A stretch of 64,000 bases of DNA, from NCBI GenBank assembly GCA_028534125.1, contig CM052816.1, positions 69,070,001-69,134,000 of the forward strand, read 5' to 3'. Positions 38,519 to 50,162 of this stretch are shown piece after piece. The stretch is from Lama glama (Eukaryota). Within the stretch, counting starts at the first letter, position 1. Each line of letters starts with the position of its first letter. The translations under genes were made by a program, and so were the position numbers. Under the pieces are notes generated by a model. The model had not been told where the DNA came from. It searched no databases and worked only from the letters and a program-made list of their open reading frames with translations.

Positions 38519-38580
38519 TTTCTCCCATTCCGTAGGTTTTCTTCTTGTTTTATTTCTGGTTTCCTTTGCTCTGCAGAAGC
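38519..38580 (-). mobile_element. LINE-1 ORF2 fragment abutting the gap
   Basis: Minus-strand translation FCRAKETRNKTRRKPTEWEK matches the L1 ORF2 motif FCTAKET...RQPTEWEK. Confidence 0.8.
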
Positions 38581-40347
38581 CAGATCCTGTCTCCTTCTTC
38601 ACATGCAAATGAAATGTGAATCTTTTTCTAAAATCAGGCGTTTTAGCGCCTCTGTCAACCTTGGTCAACTCTCAGCCATTTTATGGTGGCTCAGATTTAT
38701 TCCTAGAACATTTTGGAAAGTAAAAGAAAGGGTGGGACAGGTTTTGGAGATGATCAAAACCTTTTCTCTGAAATTACTGAACAAGGACATTTATTGAGCC
38801 CATATTTTGTGCTTTGATTAGTCCTCTTCAATCTGGTTGGTAAAAAGAGATATTAAAGAGGAAACAATTTCAGTAAGGAGGTCAGAACTGTTCAGCCATA
38901 GTCACACAATCAAATGGCTTCAATTGCTTTTTACTTTCTAGGCCAGTTTTTCTAATTTCAAGAGTCAGTTCCAGCCCATAACCTGCTACGTGTCTAATTG
39001 TGAGAGTGTTTTAGGCAGCTAATGGTTTAGTCTCCTTTCATACCTTTACCTTAAAGGACTAAATTCTTTCCAGCCCGCTACCACCCTAAGCTGGGGGAGA
39101 CAAAAACACCATGTCATTTGCTTATAAAACCTACACCCATTCTTACTTTCGATGGCTAAGCAAAAATGACCATTTTAATCAGTGGCTCTGTTGGTTACAG
39201 CTTGTGAAAGAAATCTAGACCCTCTCCATTATGCTTAATATCATACTTTGGCAAAGTAATTGTAGGGAAAGCATTTGTTATGTTATAGGTCAAAATATTT
39301 TCTTATCCTGGAATAAATTCATGATTTTCAAACCATACCATGTCAACTGACCAAGATAAACAAGTAACATTCTTGTTTTTCACCATAATATTGCATCTGC
39401 TTAAATGGGAAAAGCTAAACCACAAAAACTTGTGCTGAAAATCTTGTATCCTGAAGAATTAATACACAAGAGAAGGTGAATAATCAAATTTTAAAATGAA
39501 ATGAAAGCTTTTTACACATTTAGAGAAATTATTGTTTATTTCAAAGGACATATAAACAAAGTAAGAAATGAAGTCTCTAAAGCACTAATCTCTTCCAAGT
39601 AGAGCACAAGTCTAATTGAGTGATTTTCATTCCAGAGCTTGTTAGATAACTTAGAATCATTAAAAAGCGAAGTGTTCTGGTTTTGAGGTTTATGACACTT
39701 GGCCTTTTATCTTTTCCATAAAGCCAGTAATTACATTTTCGCCATTGTGCTGTTGTGGGTGGAAGATCACTGGTCTGAGTCTTTGCTTGCTGCTGCAACA
39801 CAGACGCAGGTTTCCAGGACCACACTGAGAAAATAATACAATCGATTCTGGGTTATGAATTTTGTCTAATTACTTCTTCCAGAGTCTGGGTTTCTTGCTC
39901 AAGACAACACTTACATTTGAAGAAATTGTGAACACATTTCCCACATGATAGTTTCTATTAATTTATTACAACTTGATGGAGAGTACAGTGGGATCATTAA
40001 ACTTTGGCCCTTTAATCTTCTGAGCAAGGAAGGATCAGTTTCTTTGTGTTAGTGATCACTCCTGCTCCACCCCAACTCTGCTTTCTTGGGGTCTCTTAAG
40101 TGACAAGCTCAATGGCAGCTAGACTCAATAGTCATTTTGAACATTTTCCACCAGCTTTTTGTTTTTTTGGCCACTACAGTTCAATGAATTATGTGCTAGC
40201 ATATTTTTCCATGTGTAGAAATTATTGTATTGTGTACTTAGGCACCTATTCATTGTTCAGACTGGAAATTGGCTGATGGGTCCTGGTCCAATGGATTTGA
40301 CTAACTAAACATGTTTTCTTTCTCTTAAACTGTTGGCTCTTTCTTTG

Positions 40348-40502
40348 TTTTTTCTTTTTTAATTTTTATTTATTTTTAATTAATTTGGGGAGGAGGTAAT
40401 TAGGTTTATTCATTTATTTAATGGAGGTACTGGGGTTTGGACCTAGGACCTCGTGCATGCTAGGCATGGACTCTACCACTGAGCCATACCCTCCCCACCC
40501 CA
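40348..40502 (-). mobile_element. tRNA-derived SINE (Vic-1-like) with 13-bp TSD
   Basis: Reverse complement reads GGGGAGGGTATGGCTCAGTGGTAGAG...AAACCTAATTACCTCC plus an A-rich tail. Direct repeat GGCTCTTTCTTTG at 40335-40347 and 40503-40515. Confidence 0.88.
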
Positions 40503-40570
40503 GGCTCTTTCTTTGAAAAAGCAAACAGAACTAATTCCCATTTCAGTGGCTGTGGTTTATCCTTTCTCCT

Positions 40571-41010
40571 TGTATTAATTTTCTAAGGCTTCTGTCATAA
40601 ATTATCACAAACTTGGTTGCTTAAAACAGCAGAAATGTATTATCTCATAGTTTTGGAGGCCAGAAGTTGGAACTCTGTTTCACTGGGCTAAAATCCAGGT
40701 GTCAGCAGGGCTGTGCTCCCTCTGGAGGCTCTAGGGGAGAACTCCTTCCTTGCCTCTTCCAAGCTTCTGGTGGCTGCCAGCATTTCCTGGCATGTGGCCG
40801 CATCACTCCAATCTCTGCCTCCATGGTCACATTGCCTTCTCCTCTTCTTTCTGTTTCATATATTCCTCTGCCTCCCTCTAGTAAGGATGTATGTGATTGC
40901 AGTTAGGGCCCACCTGGATAATTCAGGATACTCTTCCAATCTTAGGATACATTCACAAGTTCAAGAGATTTGGACCTGATATCTTTGGTGGGCACTTTTA
41001 GTCTACCACA
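40571..41010. mobile_element. MLT1-type (MaLR) LTR
   Basis: TGTATTA...CACAAACTTGGTTGCTTAAAACAGCAGAAATGTATT..GGAGGCCAGAAG...GCCTCTTCCAAGCTTCTGGTGGC...CTACCACA. Confidence 0.85.
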
Positions 41011-44000
41011 CTCATATAGCAAAAGCAAGATGTCCCATACTACCTTCTGTTCTTTCATAATGAACCACCTTTTATATGATCTCATTTGGTAGTTTTATTA
41101 AAGGGCTCCATGCTTGTAATGGTATAAGGCCCATGAGTATCTGTGTCTGCTTCTATATAAATGTGGATTTAGACCTCTCTGCCAGGTAAGGCTGTAGATG
41201 GATATATTGAAAAGCTTTTTGTTCTAATATTTTTATGCAGAGACTGACCCAGTCATGGAGAGCCATGGATAATTATTTGGACCTGGTTTTCAGTTGCCCA
41301 TTTCTCACTGGAGATTTCCAGATATCAACATTTTGGAACTTAAGCTTCCTAAAATGTCTCTTCTATCCATTTCCACTGAGAAGAATCACTCCTGAGACTT
41401 ACCCCAGTCTCACTTTGTTTATAGCCTGAGCACTGGGCACCCTCTATGCTGTGGTACCCTGGATTTCTGACCTCTTCTGGGAACCTGGCTGCTCTCTGCA
41501 AACATAGTGGTGTCAGTCCTGGTGAAAATAAGAAAGGGCACATAGAGAGGAGTCATTTCTCCAAGCTCATACTTCAGGAGCACAGGAGCTTGTTGTCTTC
41601 CAAATCTTAGTTTTTAGGACTTTTTGGTCAACCTACATGGAACCTCAGAGACTTTACCTTTTTGAACTGTTTCGCTTTCTGCAGTCTCCTTTCCCCATGA
41701 ATGTCTACCCAAGACAGAGATTTTTTTGGCCAGTTACCTTTCCTTTGCTCCTTCTGGCCAATCATTGTCCTACCCATAGACTTGGACCTTTGGCAAAGCC
41801 ATCAAGTTGTGGAGAATCAAGCAAGTGGCCTACATGTCCCCCTTCTCCCTCCCCTTCTCCCAGCTGACCCTGAGATAATTTGGTTACTCTCTTCTCCAGT
41901 GGGAATTTCAAAGGTGTGACTGACTTTTAGGCACCGTGGGAAAGCTCAGTGTAAAGGACTCATGCTCTGGTTTTCTTGTGAGAATCATGAGGAGCTAGAA
42001 AGACCCTCAGATTGAAGATATAACCCAGAGCTTTCTAGCCCTGCCTTTTGGCCAAGCTTGACAGTGTTATTCTCTAACACTTAGTCCTGTCCACATGTAC
42101 TTTTGTGGATCTGTGGACTGTCCACATGATTTTAGGGAAAAAAATCATCAGATTCTATACTGTGCTTGACTCCACCAAGCATGATGTATCAGAGCTCCTG
42201 CTTCATTCCTGGGTTCATCCTAGGACACTCATAGTGACCCTGAACTCTCTGCCTGTAGGTTTAAAAAGCTTAGCCTTAAGAAAGTAGGTATCTGCTAGTC
42301 ACCTAGGGGCCCAGACAGGAATTTCCCTTAGCCTGGAGCCAGGTGGAAACTCTTTCTTCCTTCCATCCTACCCTCTTTCCCTTAATGTCCTCTGAGAAAG
42401 TCTATCTGATCTATAATGGTAGTAGTATGTAACTGGGATACAACCTTCCCTTAACTTGCTATTTGTAGTAGATACAGTATGTAGAGCTATTTCTTTGAAA
42501 CCTTACAAGCTCTGGGCAGTAGTGACTGTGTCTTAGACAGGCCAGACCACAAAATGGTGTTTGCCTACCCCACTACATACCTACCGACTTCCCATATTAC
42601 TAGACATTTGGGGTTGGAGAGCATCTCTTGTGAATTTCTTGACTAGAGTCTTCTTGAGCTTTTCACACATAGGTACAAGTGTAATGGAAAAAGCATGAAT
42701 TCTGGAGTCACTTGTGACTAGATTAAAAACTGGAATCTTTCACCTGTTGGCTACAGTGAATTATTTAAATTATCTGAGCCTTGGTTTTTTTAAATCTGTA
42801 AAATGGACATAATAATTCCCTCTAAAACACAATTAAATAAAATGAGTTGCATAATGTGCTTAGCAGAGTGCCTGGCATATATTTAGGGCACAATGAAAGT
42901 TAGATACTGTCCATTTGTTTTTGTTAAATAAATGGGAAAGAAATGTCTTGGATTGCCTTATTTCTACTACTTCATGATATAAATATATGCTTTATAATTA
43001 AATTTTGTAAAGCACTTTTTAAATAGTTTATTTGTTCATTAAACAAATATTTATTGAAATGCCAAGTGTAGAATGGTGAACTAATACTTACTTATAAAGT
43101 GACTAGAAGTAAGCTTCTGAAATGTGTGCCAAGATTCCAGCCTACAAATTCCTTTGTTTTATGGGAAAATATTTATTTTATTAGGACTGTTTTAGAACAT
43201 TCTGATCACTTAATATTCTCATACCATGATTCACTATAAAAAATGAGTATAGCCTTCCACCTGTAAGGAATTGCTTAGTGAGGACTTAGATCCTTTCTTG
43301 AAAGACCTAGAAATGCCCAGAGCCTGCCATTTTGAACACTGATATGGCCACAGACCAATGAGGTCAAATGCATATCTACAAGTGAAACAGTATTCTATAT
43401 TTTAAATGCAGAAATAGAGGCTCAGAGAGATTAAAAGACTTGAATAAAAGCCACAGAACTGACATTTGGTAGCATTTATATTTGAATTTAGTTCTGATCA
43501 ATCTAAGGTTCAAATTCTGCTGTACTCCTCTGCTTCTATTTTTATATTAATGAATGTTCTTTTCCTTTTTAGAGGAAGAAGGGTAGTAATTCAGGCAGTT
43601 GGAGCCAAAGAGGCTCCGGTAAAGTGCTCTAGAAGAAAGAGCTCTTGTCCACAAGCCTGGAGATCTAGCTTTTGCTCACAGCTCTGCTCCCAACTAGCTG
43701 TGTGACTGGGGGGAGGGAGAAGAGTTTCCTAAAATCCCAACTTCTCTGCACATCTCAGCAGCCTCTCAGTTGTAAAGTTTAACTCATCACAGAACAGTCA
43801 ATAGGGCCCCTGACCTTCTTGGAGCCCAATCTGTCTCTTTGACCTCTGATAAATATTTTTCTTTGTGGTTTTATAGGAATCAAGGATATAAGAGCCAGAA
43901 GATTTAGATCTCAGAGATCCAAGGGATGTTATCTATTGTCCCTTCAAGTGAAAGCACTGGTCTGAGAATATCTAGGATTTGGAACCACATAGCCACCCAT

Positions 44001-44269
44001 TCATAGATCAGGTAGGAATACAGCCTCACTGAAGTCCTATAGAAATGAACCAAGTTGGGGGTGGAGTTGAGGGGGACTGTGTTGGGTTAGGAAATGGCCA
44101 CTTCTTGATTTTAGAGTGCCCAAGGCATTTGTGGGTTCCTTCCTGCATTCTGCACATACTGAGTCATCAGAGAAAAGGGACTGTTGGTCCCTTCTTGAAG
44201 TTAATATAGTAAAATACCATGGGATATGCTTTTGGGAGGGAGTTACTTTTTAAAATTATTATTATTTTA

Positions 44270-45260
44270 AAACTTTTTATTTTGAAATAATTTCAGCCTC
44301 ACAGAACAATTGCAAAAGAGTACAAAAAATTCTCATATTCATTCATAGTCACCAAATGTTAGCATTTAACTGCCTTTTAACTACCTTTGCTTTATCATTC
44401 TTCCTTCACAGACAGATACAGACATAGACACAGACACACACACTTTTGAAATTTTGAGAGCCATTTGCCAACATGACGCCCGTTTTCCTCTATAATTAGT
44501 AATATGTTTATATTTATTTACCTCTATATTTAGTACCTCTATATTTAGCTCTGTACATTTCCTAAAAGCAAGGGCTATTCTCTTATATAGCCACAGTATA
44601 ATTTTCAAAAGCATGAGATTAACATCGATACAATGCTATTATATAGTCTATAGGCCTTAGTCAAATTTCATAAGTTGTTTCAATGACTGTCTTCTATAGC
44701 AAAAGAGAAAAAACCCACAGCAGAAAATACAGTGTTTCGTTGTCAGGTGCCTTTAGTCTCCTTGAATCTGGAACCACTCCGCAGTCACATTTACTTTAGT
44801 GACCTTACCATTTGTTGAAGTGAGTAGGCCAGTTATTTGTAGGATGCCCTTCAGTTTGGCTTTATCTGATGTCATGATGGCTCATGACATAGGTTGTACA
44901 CTTTGGGCAGCAATGCCACAAGAGATGCTGGCTTCTTCCCAGAGCTTCATGTCAGGACGCCCTGGTGCCCACTTTGCCCTATCTCTGATGATGTTTTCTC
45001 TCATCACTTGGTCAGGTGCTGCCTTTCAGGGTTCTTCACTGTGAAGGTACTATTTTCCCCACTGAAATTAATAAGTATCTGTGAGGAGATACTTTAGAAC
45101 TATTTAAATACCCCATTTCTCATCATAGTTTAGCTCACTAGTTCTAGCAGCCATCTTAGGATTCTTGTCTGAAGCATTTATTACTATGTTGGTTGCCAAA
45201 TGGTGATTTTTCTGATTTTCTGTTTTCCTTCTACATTGGAATTCTACATCATTGAATTTC
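44270..45260 (-). mobile_element. Ancient LINE-1 3' UTR (L1MC/ME-like); boundaries approximate
   Basis: TTTTTATTTTGAAATAATTTCAG..CACAGAA..TTGCAAAA terminus typical of old L1M elements. Confidence 0.6.
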
Positions 45261-45572
45261 TAATGACATTCCTGAAAAACTACCTGCAAAAGAGAACATA
45301 TCTGAGCTAATCTAAATCTATAGGAAATAAAAACACTGCCTCTCTCTTCTCCTTAATCCCAGAGCCCAGGTATTCAGCTAAGTGGCTTATCTGTCTATAT
45401 TTAACACAGTGAAAATATGCAGAGCTGTTGGAAGTTGTTCCTAAGCTTTCTTTCTATTTGAGGTAACAAATAATTCCTAATCTCTTCTTCTGAGAACCTT
45501 TTCTCCGCAGGTTGACCCTACACTTTTTCTCATAAAGTCTTGGTCTTATTCTCCCTTTCCTGGCCCTCTCCC

Positions 45573-45630
45573 AACACACACACACACTCACTCACACACA
45601 CATACACACACACACACATACACACACACA
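45573..45630. repeat. Imperfect (CA)n microsatellite
   Basis: Direct reading. Confidence 0.9.
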
Positions 45631-46375
45631 CCCCTTAGAATCTGACTCTTAATGCTGATGAAGCTAAAGCTGTTTTCTCAACATTAGAGACTCTGTTCAC
45701 CTCAAGCCTCTTAACCTGTTTGAGGGCATGACTGGCAAGTTGACATTCCACAAGCATCTTTACTCCCTTTGACTTCTAGCTCAGCACTTTCAACTACCTG
45801 CTCTCTGGTCTTAAAGCTCGACACTCAAGATGAATCTAATTCAGTTCTCTCTCACTCTCCAGTATAAAATAAGTCAATATGTTATTCACAATTTCTCACT
45901 CTTGAAATGCCTTTTCAAAAATTAAACCTCTAACAGACCTCTTCTCCACTAGGCTCCTGAAATACAAAACTATGTTTAAGACTCTTCTCCAGTTACTTCC
46001 TTCAGAAGATTTCTGACCTTCATCTCAACTCTTCCCATCTATGAGAACCGTTCTTTCCCTGGGACAATCATTCTCCATGCAGTAGGCATCAGAAGATCTT
46101 AGATTATTCTACTAACTTGTTACGTATTTTTCAAGGAAGCTAATTTTTACTTATACCAAAGAAGCAATGGACACAAATGATCTATATCTAAGAAAACCTT
46201 TCCTCCTGGTTAATAGACTGTTACTTGTAATATTAAGAAACTGGATTTCTTTTACCTTGTAATATTATATCTCTCAAGCAGAATGGGAACATTTGAGGGA
46301 CTGTTCTCTGGTCTAAAATCCATATCACAGTCACCTGCTTCTGGGAGGAGGACTATATTTTGGCAGAAGGCTTTC

Positions 46376-46688
46376 TTTTTTTAAAATGGAAGTATAGTTG
46401 ATTTACAACACTGTGTTAATTTCTGGTAGATAGCATAGTGACTCAGTTGTACATATACATATATTCCTTTTCATATTATTTTTCATTATAGGCTATTACC
46501 GAATATAATTCCTCTGTGCTAAACAATAGAACCTTGTTGTTTATCTATTTTATATATGGTAGGTAGTATCTGCAAATCCTGAACTCCCAATTTATCCCTC
46601 TTCACCCCCTTTCCCTGCTGGTAACCATTAAGTTTGCTTTTTATGTCTATGAGTCTGCTTCTGTTTTGTAAATAAGTTCACTTGTGTC
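46376..46688 (-). mobile_element. LINE-1 3'-end fragment
   Basis: Clear similarity to 11485-11790 (GAAGTATAGT..TTTACAA..AGTATCTGCAAATC..GGTAACCAT..AAGTTCA). Confidence 0.8.
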
Positions 46689-47135
46689 AGAGGAGGAATA
46701 TATTTATGACTAGTCTTTTGTCATAAATCTTAAGCTAGGAATAGAAATGGTAGATCTACTAAATAAAATTGACTTTATTCCCCAGGAACTTATGAGGAAT
46801 TAAGTCACTAGTTAGTACCAAATATTACTATCTTTGGAGAAATTCCAGCTTCTCAGGCATAACCTTGCTTCTTTTATGAGGAAATATTGAGAGATGATAT
46901 TTTCTTCTCCCGACTTAAAATCCCCAAGTGACAGCACTTCCTTGCTTTATCATTGAATAGGATGAGAAACAAAAAACTCCTCATCAACAGTTTTGGTCAC
47001 TCTGGAAACAGAGATCTTTTATTCCATGAAAACTCACTAGCCAAAAGCCTTTGTGGTTCTAGATATGTCCACTGTAAAGGGCAGAGAATTGAAGCAACTC
47101 ATCACAAACTAATCACTCTGTTAATTAATACAGTA

Positions 47136-47470
47136 CAGTCATCCCTACGTATCTGTTGGGGATCGGTTCCAGGATACTGTGGATACTAAAATCCTAGGAT
47201 GCTTTATATAAAATGCAGTAGTATTTGCATATAACCTATGTACATCCTCCTACATACCTCAAATCATTTCTAGATTACTTGCAATACCTAATACAATATA
47301 AATGCTATACAAATAGTTGTAAATACAATGTAAATGCTATGTAAATAGTTGTCAGTATGCAGCAAATTCCAGTTTTGCATATTGGAATTTCTGGAATTTT
47401 TTTCCCAAATATTTTTGATCCATGGTTGGTTGAATCTGTGGATGTGGAACCTGCAGATATGAAGGACTTT
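47136..47470. mobile_element. MER2-like Tigger MITE
   Basis: TA|CAGTCATCCCT..GTATCTG..GGGGAT.GGTTCCAGGA...GGTTGGTTGAATCTGTGGATGTGGAACCTGCAGATATG. Confidence 0.8.
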
Positions 47471-47789
47471 ATTTCCAAATACTGACTGATGAAATAGACT
47501 CAACTTCTCTGTAAATTATATGATAATTTATCCTAAGCCCTTTTGACATGGACACTCAAGTACTTTGGCAGAACCTACCTCTAAGATCAGATACTATGAT
47601 AGATAGCAGTTCAGAAAAGATGTAACTTTTAAGAATTAAGGGTTGAATATTTTATTTCTAGACTTCCCTTCTATGGTTACAGTTTTTGAATGTTCAATCA
47701 CTGTTTTTGGAGGAAGGACTGTCCACATGGTATCTGGACAAAACACCGAGTGGAACCCATCTCCATCAGTTGAGTTAGGAAGGACGTTG

Positions 47790-48890
47790 ATAGATAGGTC
47801 ACAAACATTAGGGGCTTAGATTAAATCTTGAAAAATATATTAATCAAGGTGGGAAAATTTGAACATCAATGAGAATAATACTTGCAGTGGAATGAAATAC
47901 ATCATATATTAAAATTCATGAGATAGAATAATGATTCTTAAACAAACAAAACAAAACCAATGCCAATGTTTGGAGATTGGAGCTAGGAGACTCACTCTTC
48001 TGAAAAATGATATACAAAGGGAAAGAATCAAACATTTATCCTGTCTTCCCTGCATGTACTGTATATCAGTGTAACCAAATATCTGGTAAGAGAAAGTTCT
48101 TTATAGAATTTCAGATATGAATGAAGGAATGATAAAGTAAATAATATCAATGTTTTGCCATTGCAAAAGTAATGGGTTTAGGCAATTGTATCAATGAGTC
48201 TGTAAAACTATTGATTGATAGTTCAAGATAGATGGAGCAATCTGGCAACACTTAGAGCCACCTATCAATCTTAACATACCCCAAAGAGAAGCAACCCAGC
48301 ATTATGCGCCTGTGATGTGACACAAGAGGAAATATACAGTATGTAAAACATTCTTACCAAAAAATTGAACCTGATTCTTATTAAGCCTCTAGATTTACCT
48401 ACTAGTATACAGGAAAACAGGGGCCAAAGGAACATATTAAACAACACCATGTTGATACAATCAGCAAAATCCTGAATGTAGGAAACTCTAAAAGACAACC
48501 CAATTTCTTCAACAAATAAATTACAAGAAAAAAATTAGAGAAGGGGAACCTATAGATTAAGAGAAACTTGTGAGAAGGACCAAACAAATGTGAGGTATAG
48601 ATTTAGATCCTGACTTAAACAAAGCAACTATATATACATATATATATACATATAGACATGTACTAGACTACCAGGGATAGTTGAACACTAACTGAATATT
48701 TGAAAAGAGTCATCTTTTGCCAATACTTACTAGAGCATTTACAGATGATACGATGTCAGTGATTTGCTTCAAAATAGCCTATTGGGCAGAAAAGTGGGTA
48801 GGAGTATATATGGAACAAGATTGGTTTAGAGTTGGTAATTACTAATGTCTGACATGGAAGTGAAGTTTCATTGTAAACTTTTTATAATAT
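47790..48890 (+). mobile_element. Ancient LINE-1 3' UTR (L1MC-like); boundaries approximate
   Basis: Motifs AACCTGATTCTTATTAAGCCTCTAGAT, AATCAGCAAAATCC..ATGTAGGAAACTCTA and ATTTGCTTCAAAATA. Confidence 0.6.
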
Positions 48891-49152
48891 AAATACCTTA
48901 GGCATTAATCATCCCAAAAATCAGCGTGCTTTTCTTTCTCTGATAAGTAGATCATTTTGGTAATGGAATCATCTAGGTTTGAAAAATAAATTACCACACT
49001 TGTAGTGTTCCTGCATTTGCATGGAAATGTGCAATACTTTGAGTATAAGTACAATAACCCTGAAAAGACATGTATCTCTTCCAATTAGGATGTATGTTAA
49101 TCCTTATGTTATCCCTGAAGCTGGAGGCTGATTCTTCTTACTGTCTGGCCAG

Positions 49153-49336
49153 GTCAGTGAACAGCTGATATTTTACCAGCATGTGGACTGGGAAAACACA
49201 GGCTGGACTGCAGAAGACTCTTTCGTGTTCACGGCATCCTCTCCCCCAGCAGTTCTAGGCCCTGAAGATTTCCATATAACTATTTCATATGAAATTAATG
49301 AACTTGGTCGGCAGAGTCGTCTGCTTGCAAATACAG
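49153..49336 (+). CDS. CSPG4B: CSPG4B coding exon (184 nt, phase 0/1)
   Basis: Acceptor tctggccag|GTC. Translation VSEQLIFYQHVDWENTGWTAEDSFVFTASSPPA...RLLANT. Donor CAG|GTAATT. Confidence 0.91.
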
Positions 49337-49820
49337 GTAATTCCACCAAGATACGGTCAGTACCTTATCTCTAATTATTAAAGTAGGGACAATTTGGAAA
49401 TAAATCTTTCCCCTTTTAATTGTCAGTGCTATGGTATCAACCTTTGAAATGAAACTTAAATGGCTATAAAAATTTGTTATTTCTTTATGTGTGCTCTTTC
49501 TTTGGGCCTCTGCCCTTTCCTCTCATAAGCCTTAATAGTTATAGTGGGAGAAGGATGGCACATTAGCTTTAGAGAATTCTTATTTGTACTTCCAAATGGG
49601 GACTTCACTATGCCCATGACTGAAAACTGTTGACAGAAAATGAAAATGACAAATTGGGTAAAATCTTGAAAGAAAAAAGGGTATTGAAAGCTGCACCTAT
49701 TTCCATGGCAAGAGAAAGTCCAGTAGTAGGTAAGTTAGGAGATTAACATTTTATAAGTGAATCTCAAGGTTTTAAAAGTCCCTTGCCTAAAATGTTGACT
49801 TAACAGTGTGGGTGTGTGTA

Positions 49821-49979
49821 GGGGGAGGCTATAGCTCTATGGTAGAGTGTATACTTAGCATACACAAGGTCTTGGGTTCAATCCATGGTAACTCCACCAA
49901 AAATAATAAACAAACAAACAAACAAACAAACCTAATTACACCACCCAAAGTAAAAATAAATAAAATAAAAATTAAAAAA
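49821..49979 (+). mobile_element. tRNA-derived SINE (Vic-1-like)
   Basis: GGGGGAGGCTATAGCTC..TGGTAGAG..CTTAGCAT..AGGTCTTGGGTTCAATCC, (AAAC)n, AAACCTAATTAC, A-rich tail. Confidence 0.85.
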
Positions 49980-50162
49980 GATAGTATGGATGTATGTATT
50001 TAAAATTTATTTTTTTATATACCTTGGATGGCAATGATAATTCAGGTACTTAAGCAACCAAAGTGTTTTGAATAATCCACTAGGACAGGCGAATTTGAAG
50101 GAGAAAAAAGTCATACAGTTGTCATTTGAAAGTTCTAATGAAATGCCACTTTGTTTTAACAG

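Noticed and set aside
37901..38797. Long ORFs of 255, 271 and 175 aa
   Set aside because: Artefacts of translating through Ns; the same applies to the ORFs at 18516-19065.
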